Below, piece after piece: positions 39,432 to 48,264 of a DNA stretch of 48,264 nucleotides (position 1 is the first letter of the stretch; each line of letters begins with the position of its first letter). This DNA comes from Planctomycetota bacterium (GTDB taxonomy: Bacteria; Planctomycetota; UBA11346): positions 1 through 48,264 of the forward strand of contig JBBRLJ010000038.1 in assembly GCA_038231435.1 (NCBI GenBank), given 5' to 3'. The position numbers and the translations under genes were made by a program. Below the pieces are notes generated by a model. It was not told the origin of the DNA and searched no databases. It saw only the letters and a program-made list of their open reading frames with translations.

Positions 39432-41506
39432 CACCGCTCCGCTCTGCGCATCGACGCCGCTTCCTGATCCTCGCCTGCGCGGCCGGCGCGGCGGTCATCC
39501 TGCTGATCACGCTGCGCCGGCGCGATCCCCCTTCCGAATATTTCCTGCGCGAGACCGTGCACCGCGGCGAGATCCACCGCGTGCTACGCGAGGCCGGAAC
39601 CCTGGTGCCTCGCGAAGCCGTGCTGGTGAAATGCCCGTTCAACGCGGCGCTGCAATTCATCGTCGACGACGGCACCTGGATCGACAAGGGCGGCAAACTG
39701 TTCACGCTCACCGACGACGAGGAGCTCAAGCGCGTCGCCGACGACCGCAGCCGGCTGCTCGGCCTGCGTCAAGAGCTGCGCCTGGCGCGCATGCGCCGCG
39801 CCAACGCCGGCCAGACCGAGGACCGCAAGCTGGCGGCCGCCAAACGCGCGCGCGAGCTCGAAGGCGTGCGCTACCGCATCATCACCGCCACCCCGGCCGG
39901 AGGCGGCGAGCTGATCCGGCTGCACGAGAAGCTGCTGCCACACGAGGCCGAGACCGCAAAGGTGCGCCTGCGCTATGAGGACGCGCAGGACTCCTACCAG
40001 ACCGCTTTCGATGCGCATCTGGACGCACTCGACGCGCTGCAAGCCAGCCGCGATTCGGCGTTGCGCGCGCAAGCGCGCGTAGACGAGCTGTCGGCGGCGG
40101 CGGCAACCGCGCCCGAGAACCTCAAGGCCGAGGAGCGCGAGCAGCGCGAACAGGCGCTCAAGGGCCTGGCGACCGCCCGCGCCGAACTCGATGCCCTGCA
40201 GACGGCGATACCCGAGCTGGCGAAGAAGCTCATCGCCGCGCGCGAGTCGCGCGACCGGGCAAAGGAGCCGCGCGACCAGGCCGCGCAGGAGCTCGCGGCG
40301 CGCGAGGCCGACGAGCGCGAGGATCTCATCCGCATCGAGATCGAGAAGCGCGGCGTGCAGGCCGAACTGCTGCGACTCGATGAGGAGTCGAAACGGATCG
40401 GCCTGGCCGAATCCGAGCGTAAGCGCGACCAGGGCAGGCTCGGCTTCGCCGATGGCGCCCTGAGCCGCTCGGCGCTCGACGACCTCGAGGCCCAGGCCGA
40501 GTCCGCGAAGAGCCAGCTCGGCATCGTCACTGAGAAGCTGGCGATCGCCGAGCGCCCGGCCGCCCCCGAAGCGCTCGCCGAGGCGAAGATGAAGCTCGAC
40601 ATCGCGGACGCTCGCGCCGAGCGCGCCCAGCTCGCCCACGACCGCGCGCTCGCCATCCTCGACAAGGAGGTCGACGTGCTGGTGGCGCGCGTCGACGGCC
40701 TGGGCGGCGCGATCGATCAGCGCAGCTCGCGCTTCCCGGCGCTGATCGAATCCAACATCGATTTTGCGCGCAAGGAGCTCGCCGCGCTCGAGGAGGATGC
40801 CCGTGAAGGGGGCACCGCCGAAGATGCGAAGCGCCGCGCCGAGGTCGAAGCCGAGATCGCGCGCATGGTTGAGCAGCTCGCGACCGCCAAGGAGGATCCG
40901 CCGAACAGCGCCAAGGCGCCGGTCAGCGGCATCGTCAAGGTGAAGTGGGATGACGAGGGCGGGCGACCGAAGCAGGGCGGCGACAAGGTCTATGAAGAGG
41001 ACGTGCTGATCGAGATCTTCCCCCCTGAGAACCTCGAGGTGGTCGCCAAGGTCAACGAGGCGAACATCTCGCTGCTCGCCGTGGGCATGCCCGCCGAGGT
41101 CGAATTCCCGTCGCTCGGCAACGGCCGCTGCTCAGGCGAGATATACCGCGTCTCCGGCGTCGGCCGCGACAAGTTCGCCGACTACAATGACGGCTGGAAC
41201 AAGGCTTCGTTCGCCGACGTCACGCAGTACGAAGTGCGCTGCCGCCTCGGCGAGACCCGCGCGGATTTCCGCCAGGGCATGACCGCCATGGTCAGCGTGC
41301 GCCTCGATGCGCGCAAGGACGCGCTGTGGCTGCCCCTCGGGGCGGTCACCCGCGCCGGCGACGCCTGGACGGCGCTGGTCGGCGACGACCGTTCGCAGAG
41401 CGTCAGGACCATCACCGGCGAGCCCTATGGCGACGATGCGTTCATCGTCGCCGGCGGCCTGGCCGAGGGCGACACCGTGCTGTGCCGCCGGACGAGGAAC
41501 CGATGA
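39428..41506 (+). CDS. MacA-like periplasmic adaptor with an extra-long (~400 aa) coiled coil
   Basis: ATGA overlap; N-terminal TM; V.RGEI...LREAGTL.P, VDDGTWIDKGGKLF; coil; AKAPVSGIV, AKVNEANI..LAVGM, FRQGMTA.V, ALWLPLGAV, GLAEGDTV. Confidence 0.87.
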   Translation: MTPLRSAHRRRFLILACAAGAAVILLITLRRRDPPSEYFLRETVHRGEIHRVLREAGTLVPREAVLVKCPFNAALQFIVDDGTWIDKGGKLFTLTDDEELKRVADDRSRLLGLRQELRLARMRRANAGQTEDRKLAAAKRARELEGVRYRIITATPAGGGELIRLHEKLLPHEAETAKVRLRYEDAQDSYQTAFDAHLDALDALQASRDSALRAQARVDELSAAAATAPENLKAEEREQREQALKGLATARAELDALQTAIPELAKKLIAARESRDRAKEPRDQAAQELAAREADEREDLIRIEIEKRGVQAELLRLDEESKRIGLAESERKRDQGRLGFADGALSRSALDDLEAQAESAKSQLGIVTEKLAIAERPAAPEALAEAKMKLDIADARAERAQLAHDRALAILDKEVDVLVARVDGLGGAIDQRSSRFPALIESNIDFARKELAALEEDAREGGTAEDAKRRAEVEAEIARMVEQLATAKEDPPNSAKAPVSGIVKVKWDDEGGRPKQGGDKVYEEDVLIEIFPPENLEVVAKVNEANISLLAVGMPAEVEFPSLGNGRCSGEIYRVSGVGRDKFADYNDGWNKASFADVTQYEVRCRLGETRADFRQGMTAMVSVRLDARKDALWLPLGAVTRAGDAWTALVGDDRSQSVRTITGEPYGDDAFIVAGGLAEGDTVLCRRTRNR

Positions 41507-43506
41507 CTGCGCTGATCGAGATCAAGGGCCTCGAGCGCGCCTACGTCATGGGCGATACCGTGGTGCACGCGCTGCGCGGCGTCGACCTGACCATCGACGA
41601 GGGCGAGTTCGTGGCCATCGTCGGCCCCTCGGGCAGCGGCAAGACCACGCTGATGTACGTGCTCGGTTGCCTCGACCAGCCCACCGGCGGCAGCTACCGG
41701 CTCGCCGGCCACGAGATCTCGACACTCGGGGACCGCGAGCTGTCGCGTATCCGCAATCGTGAGATCGGCTACGTGTTCCAGCAGTACAACCTGCTGCCCT
41801 CGTTGTCGGTGGTGGACAACATCAGTCTCGGCCAGGTCTATGCCGGCGAGTCGCGCCAGCGCCGGCACGACTCCGGCGTCGCGCTCGCTACCCAGCTCGG
41901 GCTCGCCAGCCGCACCGCGCACACGCCACGCGAGCTCTCGGGCGGGCAGATGCAACGCGTCGCGATCGCGCGCGGACTCGCCTGCCGGCCACATCTGATC
42001 CTCGCCGACGAGCCGACCGGAAACCTCGACACCAGGACCGGCGCCGAGATCATGCAGGTCTTCAAGGACCTCAACGCCCAGGGCCACACCGTGGTGCTGG
42101 TCACGCACGACCAGGGCGTCGCGGCCCAAGCCAAGCGCGTGGTGCGCATCGTCGACGGCTCGATCGTCAGCGACGAGAGGGTTGCATCCGATGCGGCGGG
42201 TGCGGTGGCCGCGCCCGCCGTGGGCCGGGTCGATGTACCCGAGCGCGATGCCGGATCGCGCGGGCGCGTGCTCGGCGCCGATGTCCTGCGCATCGCCCTG
42301 CACGAAGGCCTGCTCGCGCACAAGCTGCGCAGCTTCCTGACCATGCTCGGCATCATCTTCGGCATCGCGGCGGTGATCGCGATGACCGCGATCACCGAGG
42401 GCGGCAAGCGCCGCCAGCTCGAGCAGCTGCGCCAGATCGGCATGAATAACATCCAGGTCCGCGGCCTCGAACTCGCGGGCACCCGCCTGATGCGCGTGCG
42501 CCGCGCCAACCCGTTCGGCGTCACCGTCGGCGATCTCGAGGCCATCCGCCGCTACGTGCCCGGCATCGAAGAAGCCACGGCATGGAAGGGCATCAAGGCC
42601 GAGGTACGCCTGGGCGACAAGGCGATCGACGACGCCAATACCCTTGGCGTCACCGGCGCCTTCGAGTCGGTGGTCAACTTCCACGTCGGACGCGGGCGCT
42701 TCCTCGATGCGCGCGACGAGACCGCGCGCGCACGCGTATGCGCTATCGGCGAAGACGTGGCGAAGGGACTCGGGCTGGGCGAGGACGCCTGCGGCAAGAC
42801 CGTGGTGATCGGCGACGAGCCGTTCACCGTCGTCGGGGTGATGGGCAAGAAGGCCTTCACCGAGAGCGACATCGCCGATCTCGCCATCACCAACCGCAAC
42901 CACGACGTCTACCTGCCGTACGCCAGCCTACGCGCCTATTTCCGCAAGGACGAACGCGACAGCCAGCTCGACGCGATCTCGCTGCGCATGTCCTCGGACG
43001 AACGCCTGCTCGAGCAGTCGCTGGCGATCAAGCGCATCGTCGGCGACCTGCACAACGACGCGGGAGACTTCGCGGTGGCGGTGCCGCTGGAAAGCATGCG
43101 CCAGGCGCAGCGCACCAAGGAGATCTTCAACGTCATCATCATCGTCATCGCCGCCATCTCGCTGATCGTCGGCGGCATCGGCATCATGAACATCATGCTC
43201 GCGAATGTCACCGAGCGCACCCGCGAGATCGGCATCCGCCGCGCCGTGGGCGCGAGCCGCAACGACGTGCTGCGCCAGTTCCTGGCCGAGGCGCTGCTGA
43301 TCTCGCTGTTCGGCGGCCTGCTCGGCGTGGCGCTGGGCCTTGGAGCGGGGTTCCTGATTGAGGCGGTGTTCGGATTCGCGGTGGCCTTCAACCTGTGGAT
43401 CATGCTGCTGGCGACGGTGACGTCGGTGGCGATCGGGGTGGGGTTCGGGATCTATCCGGCTTGGCTCGCGGCGGAGATGAATCCGGTCGAGGCATTGAGG
43501 AACTGA
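41503..43506 (+). CDS. macB: MacB-type ABC transporter (fused ATPase + FtsX/MacB permease)
   Basis: GPSGSGKT, LSGGQMQRVAIAR, ILADEPTGNLD, VTHD; HKLRSFLTMLGIIFG, ISLIVGGIGIMNIML..VTERTREIGIRRAVGA, FGIYPA..AA.MNPVEALR. Confidence 0.95.
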   Translation: MTALIEIKGLERAYVMGDTVVHALRGVDLTIDEGEFVAIVGPSGSGKTTLMYVLGCLDQPTGGSYRLAGHEISTLGDRELSRIRNREIGYVFQQYNLLPSLSVVDNISLGQVYAGESRQRRHDSGVALATQLGLASRTAHTPRELSGGQMQRVAIARGLACRPHLILADEPTGNLDTRTGAEIMQVFKDLNAQGHTVVLVTHDQGVAAQAKRVVRIVDGSIVSDERVASDAAGAVAAPAVGRVDVPERDAGSRGRVLGADVLRIALHEGLLAHKLRSFLTMLGIIFGIAAVIAMTAITEGGKRRQLEQLRQIGMNNIQVRGLELAGTRLMRVRRANPFGVTVGDLEAIRRYVPGIEEATAWKGIKAEVRLGDKAIDDANTLGVTGAFESVVNFHVGRGRFLDARDETARARVCAIGEDVAKGLGLGEDACGKTVVIGDEPFTVVGVMGKKAFTESDIADLAITNRNHDVYLPYASLRAYFRKDERDSQLDAISLRMSSDERLLEQSLAIKRIVGDLHNDAGDFAVAVPLESMRQAQRTKEIFNVIIIVIAAISLIVGGIGIMNIMLANVTERTREIGIRRAVGASRNDVLRQFLAEALLISLFGGLLGVALGLGAGFLIEAVFGFAVAFNLWIMLLATVTSVAIGVGFGIYPAWLAAEMNPVEALRN

Positions 43507-43569
43507 ACCACCCCACCAAGCACGTGCAACCATCCCCCTGGTGATGTAGACTCCCCCACAGGAGCACAC

Positions 43570-43956
43570 ATGGCCAATCTGAAGGTGGAGGGCATCAAAG
43601 GTCTCGAATTCAAGGAGATCGAATCCGAGATCGATCGGGGCGCCAAGTTCGTCATCTACACCTCGGTGATCTCGATCCTGGTGATGACGTTCAAGAATCC
43701 CTCGCCGATCATCTTCGTACGCGGGACCGAGAGCCGGATGGGGCGCGGCATCAGCTACACCCTGACCTCGATGCTGCTCGGCTGGTGGGGCTTCCCTTGG
43801 GGCTTCGTCTACACGCCGATCGCGATCATCAACAACCTCGCTGGCGGCAAGGACGTGACTCCTGAGGTCATGGCCGAGTTCGAGGCGGCCGAGGAGCGGC
43901 GCGAGAACCGCAAGCGCCTCGCCGAGCAGCAGCCTCCCCAGCCCGCGCCGAACTGA
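43570..43956 (+). CDS. Conserved small membrane protein
   Basis: RBS AGGAG; G.KFVIY..VISILVMTFK.PS and LLGWWGFPWG..YT..AI..NL.GGKDVT motif. Confidence 0.8.
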   Translation: MANLKVEGIKGLEFKEIESEIDRGAKFVIYTSVISILVMTFKNPSPIIFVRGTESRMGRGISYTLTSMLLGWWGFPWGFVYTPIAIINNLAGGKDVTPEVMAEFEAAEERRENRKRLAEQQPPQPAPN

Positions 43957-43957
43957 C

Positions 43958-44467
43958 ATGGGACGCTGGCAAGAGCAGGCGCGCAAGCGCCAGGTGTCTG
44001 GCGGCGGTGCTCGCGCGGGCACCAATCGCCTCGCGTGCATCGGCCTCGCCATCCTTGCCGGTCTCCTGATCTACGCCTTCTCGTTCACGTGGCGCGAGAG
44101 CTACGACTTCTACAGCCACGCCGTCCCAGCCCAGGCCACGCTCGACAACGATTACGTCGAGAACACCCGCCGGCACAAAGGCGTCACCACCACGTCGTAT
44201 ACGGTGAAGTATTCCTACTCCACTCCAGCCGGCACCTTCACCGGGTCCGATACCATCTCCGATCCCCCGGCCCCGACCATGACCGTCTACTATCACTCGC
44301 AGCGACCGGGAGCGAGCAAGCTCGAGTACCTGGGCCATTTCCACATCGTTTGCGGGATCATGGCGGTGATGATCCTCGGCTTCGCGGTGTCGCTGCTGAT
44401 GGCCCGAGTCTACCATCGCCGGGTGCAGCTGGCCAAGCAGGCCGGGGCGCTCGAGCAGGCTGCCTGA
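43958..44467 (+). CDS. DUF3592-like two-TM membrane protein
   Basis: TM, beta-rich loop (SYTVKYSY..P.G.FTG; TVYY...PG.S), TM; 1 nt after the previous stop. Confidence 0.7.
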   Translation: MGRWQEQARKRQVSGGGARAGTNRLACIGLAILAGLLIYAFSFTWRESYDFYSHAVPAQATLDNDYVENTRRHKGVTTTSYTVKYSYSTPAGTFTGSDTISDPPAPTMTVYYHSQRPGASKLEYLGHFHIVCGIMAVMILGFAVSLLMARVYHRRVQLAKQAGALEQAA

Positions 44468-44472
44468 GCGGA

Positions 44473-44580
44473 GAAGTCAGGGAGAAGCCGGAAGTCAGAA
44501 GAGGAGGATGGCATCGGAAGCTGCGAACTTCCCACTTCGCTCTTCGCTCTTTCAGCTTCTCACATCGGCCTTCTACCTCC
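44473..44580. repeat. Two oppositely oriented degenerate heptamer (GAAGNNN) arrays between convergent genes
   Basis: Plus strand GAAGTCA..GAAGCCG GAAGTCA GAAGAGG; minus strand eight phased units GGAGGTA GAAGGCC GATGTGA GAAGCTG AAAGAGC GAAGAGC GAAGTGG GAAGTTC. Confidence 0.75.
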
Positions 44581-45463
44581 CGATAGCCATCCCGACCGCT
44601 CCCGCCACCGCGACCATGCCGCCGAGCACGCTGCGCCAGCTCGGGCGATCGCCTTCGATCCACCAGGCCAGCGGGATGACGATGATCGGGACCAACGCGA
44701 CCACCGCCTGCACCGGTCCGGCTCCGGCCTGCGACAGCGCTACCACGTAGGCGAGCGCGCCTCCACCAGGGCCGACCACGGCGGAGAACACCAGCCACGG
44801 CCAACCGCGCCGCCAGCTGCGCTCGGCGGGGATGGCCGTCGAGCGGCTGACCAGCGCGGCCAGCGGCCACAGCAGCCAGACCGTCGCGGTGCCGCCGAGA
44901 CCGCGCACCATCGAGACGTCGATCATCGTGCTCATGGTCACGTGCTCGTGGCCCTCGAAGCCCTTGCGGCTGACCACCGCCGAGAGCGCCAGGCCGCACG
45001 CCGACATCACCCCGAAACCGACGCCGCTCCAGAAGCGCGCGCGCGGGATGCCGGTCGGCCCGCCGGGGGCGAGCGCGACCGCGACGCCGATCAGGATGGC
45101 TCCACCACCGAGTGCTTCGGCGCGGGTGAGGCCGTGGCCGAGCCACAGCCATTCGATCATCGCTCCGAGCGGCGCAGCCAGGCAATGCGTCAGCAGCGAT
45201 GGCAGCCGCGAACCGAGGCGCTCGAAGGACAGGAACAGCGAGAGATCTCCGAGCGCGAGGCCGATCGCGCCGCTGAGCAGGAACCAGCCGACGCCTGGCA
45301 ATGCGTCCAGCGGGCCGGCCAAGAGCGCGCAAAGCGCCAACAGCGCGGTAGCGAGGGTCAGGCGCAGCCGATTGGCGGTGACGGCGCCGATGAAGCGCGC
45401 CGCGCGCGCGGAAGCCACCGATGACATCGACCACAGCAGCGCGGTGAGGAAGGCGGCGTGCAT
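44573..45463 (-). CDS. DMT/EamA-family transporter
   Basis: About 10 TMs in two repeats; LSGAIGLALGD..LF.SF..LG.RL; start 45463 (45520 possible). Confidence 0.9.
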   Translation of the reverse strand: MHAAFLTALLWSMSSVASARAARFIGAVTANRLRLTLATALLALCALLAGPLDALPGVGWFLLSGAIGLALGDLSLFLSFERLGSRLPSLLTHCLAAPLGAMIEWLWLGHGLTRAEALGGGAILIGVAVALAPGGPTGIPRARFWSGVGFGVMSACGLALSAVVSRKGFEGHEHVTMSTMIDVSMVRGLGGTATVWLLWPLAALVSRSTAIPAERSWRRGWPWLVFSAVVGPGGGALAYVVALSQAGAGPVQAVVALVPIIVIPLAWWIEGDRPSWRSVLGGMVAVAGAVGMAIGR

Positions 45464-45560
45464 GCGAGGTCTCGACGCTAGCAGGTTGCGGGAAAACAAC
45501 AGCCTGCTGGCGGTCGCCATCGAGCGATCCCGTCACCGCCGCTCGCTCACGGGACTGCAG

Positions 45561-46556
45561 TCAAGGGACTGCGGGTAGCTCGCCACCTGCGCCTCCCGCG
45601 TCCGTGCCCGAGCGGGGCGTGGCCGGAGGCGACCCGATCGTCGGCGCGGGCGTCTCGGCGACTGGCGCGGCTGGCGGCACCCCCGCTCGCTCGGGCGCTG
45701 GCAGGATGGCCTCGGGCAAGCGTTCAGGCCATTCGCCGATGACCGCGCCGAGCACCGCCGGCGGGTTGGCGAAGGCGGGATCGCCGAGCAGGTGCGCGCG
45801 CTCGAGCGCTGGGCGCCGTGGATGGGCGAGCGCGCCCGCTAGGCACGCTGCGGCCGCGGGCGCGTCGCCGTTCGCGGCGTGCAACCGCGCGGCGAGGTAG
45901 CGCACCCACGGATCGGAAGCGCCGGCCAAGGCGGCCGGGGCGCAGTCGAGCGCGGAACAGGCGCGCGCGCACAGCGACGCGGCCTCGTCGGCGTGGCCGG
46001 CGAGCGCCATCCAAGTGGCGACCAGCAGGAGCATCGCGGCGTCGTCGGGCGAGCGCTCGAGGATGCGCCGCGCCCATTCATCATCATCGGAATGCCGCAC
46101 GGTGGCGCGGAAAAGCGCGTAGGCGCGCTCGGCCTCGTGGTCCTCGCCCGCGACCGCCTGGTTCAGCGCGGTCTCCGCCTCGCGCCAGCGCGCGTGCCGC
46201 CACGCGATCATGCCGAGCCGCCGCCACGCTGGCGCGGTCTTGGCGCGATTCTCGGATGCGCCGCAGGCGCCCTGGTATGCGGCTTCGGCGCCGGCGTCGT
46301 CGCCCTTGCTGGCGAGATGATCCCCGTAGGCCAACCAGCCACGCACATCCTCGGGGAAGGTGACGGTGGTCGCGCGATATGCTTCATCCGCGCCGGGACT
46401 GCCACGGTGCGCGAGCTCCGCGGCCTTCTCGAGACGGTCCTCGACGCTCCCTGGCAGTGCTGGCGGACCGGCCGAGATCCACATCGCCACCTGCGTGCTG
46501 GCGATGATCGCGATCGCGACCACCAGCATGCGCTTGATCGGCGGGTCGATCTCCAT
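45561..46556 (-). CDS. Membrane-anchored TPR-like protein
   Basis: N-terminal TM, then helical repeats (FPEDVRGWLAYGDHL..GDDAGAEAAY; AWRRLG..AETALNQA; PWVRYLAA..A..GD..AA..L) and a Pro-rich tail. Confidence 0.7.
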   Translation of the reverse strand: MEIDPPIKRMLVVAIAIIASTQVAMWISAGPPALPGSVEDRLEKAAELAHRGSPGADEAYRATTVTFPEDVRGWLAYGDHLASKGDDAGAEAAYQGACGASENRAKTAPAWRRLGMIAWRHARWREAETALNQAVAGEDHEAERAYALFRATVRHSDDDEWARRILERSPDDAAMLLLVATWMALAGHADEAASLCARACSALDCAPAALAGASDPWVRYLAARLHAANGDAPAAAACLAGALAHPRRPALERAHLLGDPAFANPPAVLGAVIGEWPERLPEAILPAPERAGVPPAAPVAETPAPTIGSPPATPRSGTDAGGAGGELPAVP

Positions 46557-46683
46557 GGAGGGGATCATCGGCGCCGCCGCTGAAGCGTCCACCATCGCGG
46601 ATGGCACGGCTCCAGCGCCAACGATCGACCCGGCTGAGCTTGAGTCCCCCTCCTGGGGGATAGAGTCGGACCAGGAGACGGAT

Positions 46684-48099
46684 CTGAAAGGCAAGCGCGG
46701 CACATCCAAGGGCTCCGGCTCCGTTCCCATTCCGGTCCCCGCCGTGACGCCGTTCCCCGGGAAGAACGCCGGCAACGCCAGCGGTAAGCCCAAGGGTAAG
46801 GACAAGAGCAAGGCGACCCAGCAGGCGACCATGCCGGTGGTCCTGGTCCTGACCTCGGCGCCCGAGGAACGCGAACTCGAGGACGAGCGCGAAGCCGAGA
46901 TGCGCAGCCTGCTCGACACCGCCGGGCGTTCCGCCGTCGCCACCTGTTCGCAACACTTGCAGAAGCCAACGCCGGGAACCTACATCGGATCTGGCAAGGT
47001 CGGCGAGCTCAAGGTCCTGATCGCCGACCACCAGGCCCAGCAAGTGGTGTTCGATACCCAGCTCAGCCCGCGCCAGCAGCGCAATCTCGAGGAGGAGCTC
47101 GGCACCACCGTGCTCGACTACGACGAGCTCATCCTCGACATCTTCGCGCGCAACGCGCGCACCCACCAGGCCATCCTCGCGGTCGAGCTGGCGCAGCTCG
47201 AGTACACCAAGTCGCGGCTCAAGCGCATGTGGACCCATCTCGATCGCCAGACCACCGGCGGCTCGAGCGGCATGGGCTCGGGCGGCCTGACCGGTACCGG
47301 CGAGAAGCAGATCGAGATGGACCGCCGTCAGGTGCGCAAGCGCATCCAGGATCTCAAGGGCCGCCTCGAGGACATCGAGGCGCGCAAGGACCGCGCGGTG
47401 CAGAAGCGCGAGGAGGCGTTCAACATCGCCCTGGTCGGCTACACCAACGCCGGCAAGAGCACGCTGATGAACGCGCTGACCTCCGCGGGGGTGCTCGCCG
47501 AGGACCGGCTTTTCGCCACCCTCGACACCCGCACCGCGCGCCTGCCCCTCGACCGCTTCACCAACGTGGTGCTCAGCGACACCGTCGGCTTCATCCGCAA
47601 CCTGCCGCACACGCTGATCGCCAGCTTCCACGCCACGCTCGCCGAGGTGCGCGAGGCGGATCTGCTGCTGCACGTGGTCGACTCCTCGAGCTCGATCATG
47701 GAGGAGCAGATCGACGCCGTCGAAGGCGTGCTCAAGACCATCGCGGCCGACCAGGTGCCGGTGATCATGGTCTTCAACAAGGTCGACCAGGTCTACAGCA
47801 AGACCATCCTGCTCGCCTTCCGGCGCCGCTACAAACAGGCGGTGACGGTCAGCGCGCTCAAAGGCGACGGCCTCGACCAATTGCGCGAGATGATCAAGAC
47901 CGCGGTCGCTCGCCGGGTCAAACAGGTGACCGTGCGCTTCCCGGTCGGCGACGGCGCGCTGGATTCGTTCGTGCGATCGCGCGTCACCGTCACCGCCGAG
48001 TCCTACGGCGAGGAGCTGACCGAGCTGACCGTCGAGGCCGACGAGCGCATCGTCGCCGAACTGCAGGCAAAGTCCGGCATCCAGGTCACGGGCCTTTAA
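46684..48099 (+). CDS. hflX: Ribosome-splitting GTPase HflX (start uncertain: CTG 46684 or ATG 46831)
   Basis: YIGSGK, LSPRQQRNLE, LILDIFA..A.T, VELAQL.Y, GEKQIE.DRR, GYTNAGKSTL, LFATLD, DTVGFI, NKVD, SAL. Confidence 0.96.
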   Translation: MKGKRGTSKGSGSVPIPVPAVTPFPGKNAGNASGKPKGKDKSKATQQATMPVVLVLTSAPEERELEDEREAEMRSLLDTAGRSAVATCSQHLQKPTPGTYIGSGKVGELKVLIADHQAQQVVFDTQLSPRQQRNLEEELGTTVLDYDELILDIFARNARTHQAILAVELAQLEYTKSRLKRMWTHLDRQTTGGSSGMGSGGLTGTGEKQIEMDRRQVRKRIQDLKGRLEDIEARKDRAVQKREEAFNIALVGYTNAGKSTLMNALTSAGVLAEDRLFATLDTRTARLPLDRFTNVVLSDTVGFIRNLPHTLIASFHATLAEVREADLLLHVVDSSSSIMEEQIDAVEGVLKTIAADQVPVIMVFNKVDQVYSKTILLAFRRRYKQAVTVSALKGDGLDQLREMIKTAVARRVKQVTVRFPVGDGALDSFVRSRVTVTAESYGEELTELTVEADERIVAELQAKSGIQVTGL

Positions 48100-48102
48100 G
48101 TC

Positions 48103-48254
48103 AGGGGCTCCGCCCCTACGGCCTAGCGGCCTACCCCACGGGCTTTGTCGTGGCTCGATTTCTTCGCTACGCTGCGAAATCGTGGGCGGATCGGCTACGC
48201 CGATTGTATCCGCCCACCGCCCCTCGGCGCCCGCCCCATCGCGGAGCGATGGGG
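48103..48254. repeat. Cluster of about six REP-like GC-rich hairpins downstream of hflX
   Basis: AGGGGC-TCC-GCCCCT; GGCC-TAGC-GGCC; CCACG..CGTGG; CGATTTC..GAAATCG; GTGGGCGGAT..ATCCGCCCAC; CCCCATCGC-GGA-GCGATGGGG. Confidence 0.75.
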
Positions 48255-48264
48255 CCCCCGTCCA

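Overview
High-GC (about 68-70% by eye) bacterial chromosomal segment. Gene style and content suggest Planctomycetota or a related PVC lineage (inference). From left to right: a 5'-truncated RAYT/Y1-type transposase remnant abutting tRNA-Val(GAC); two SDRs and a luciferase-like monooxygenase; a secreted multi-module nucleoside-hydrolase-fold protein plus a lipoprotein; hemerythrin and DUF1206 genes; a PQQ sugar dehydrogenase with a GGGC-TM-Arg C-terminal sorting signal; two paralogous clan-A glycoside hydrolases bracketing a contiguous creB-creC-creD-alpha-2-macroglobulin-pbpC block; a tightly coupled operon of a TolC-like lipoprotein, three giant periplasmic-adaptor genes and a MacB-type ABC transporter; two small membrane proteins, a DMT transporter, a TPR-like protein, hflX and a terminal REP-like hairpin cluster. 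The best candidate for an undescribed system is the tolC-adaptor x3-macB operon (31641-43506). It encodes five adaptor modules: two tandem double-adaptor proteins (one with a carbohydrate-binding-like beta-sandwich inserted) and one adaptor with a ~400-aa coiled coil. The second candidate is CreBCD translationally coupled to A2M-PbpC. All family calls come from motif recognition by eye; no database searches were run.
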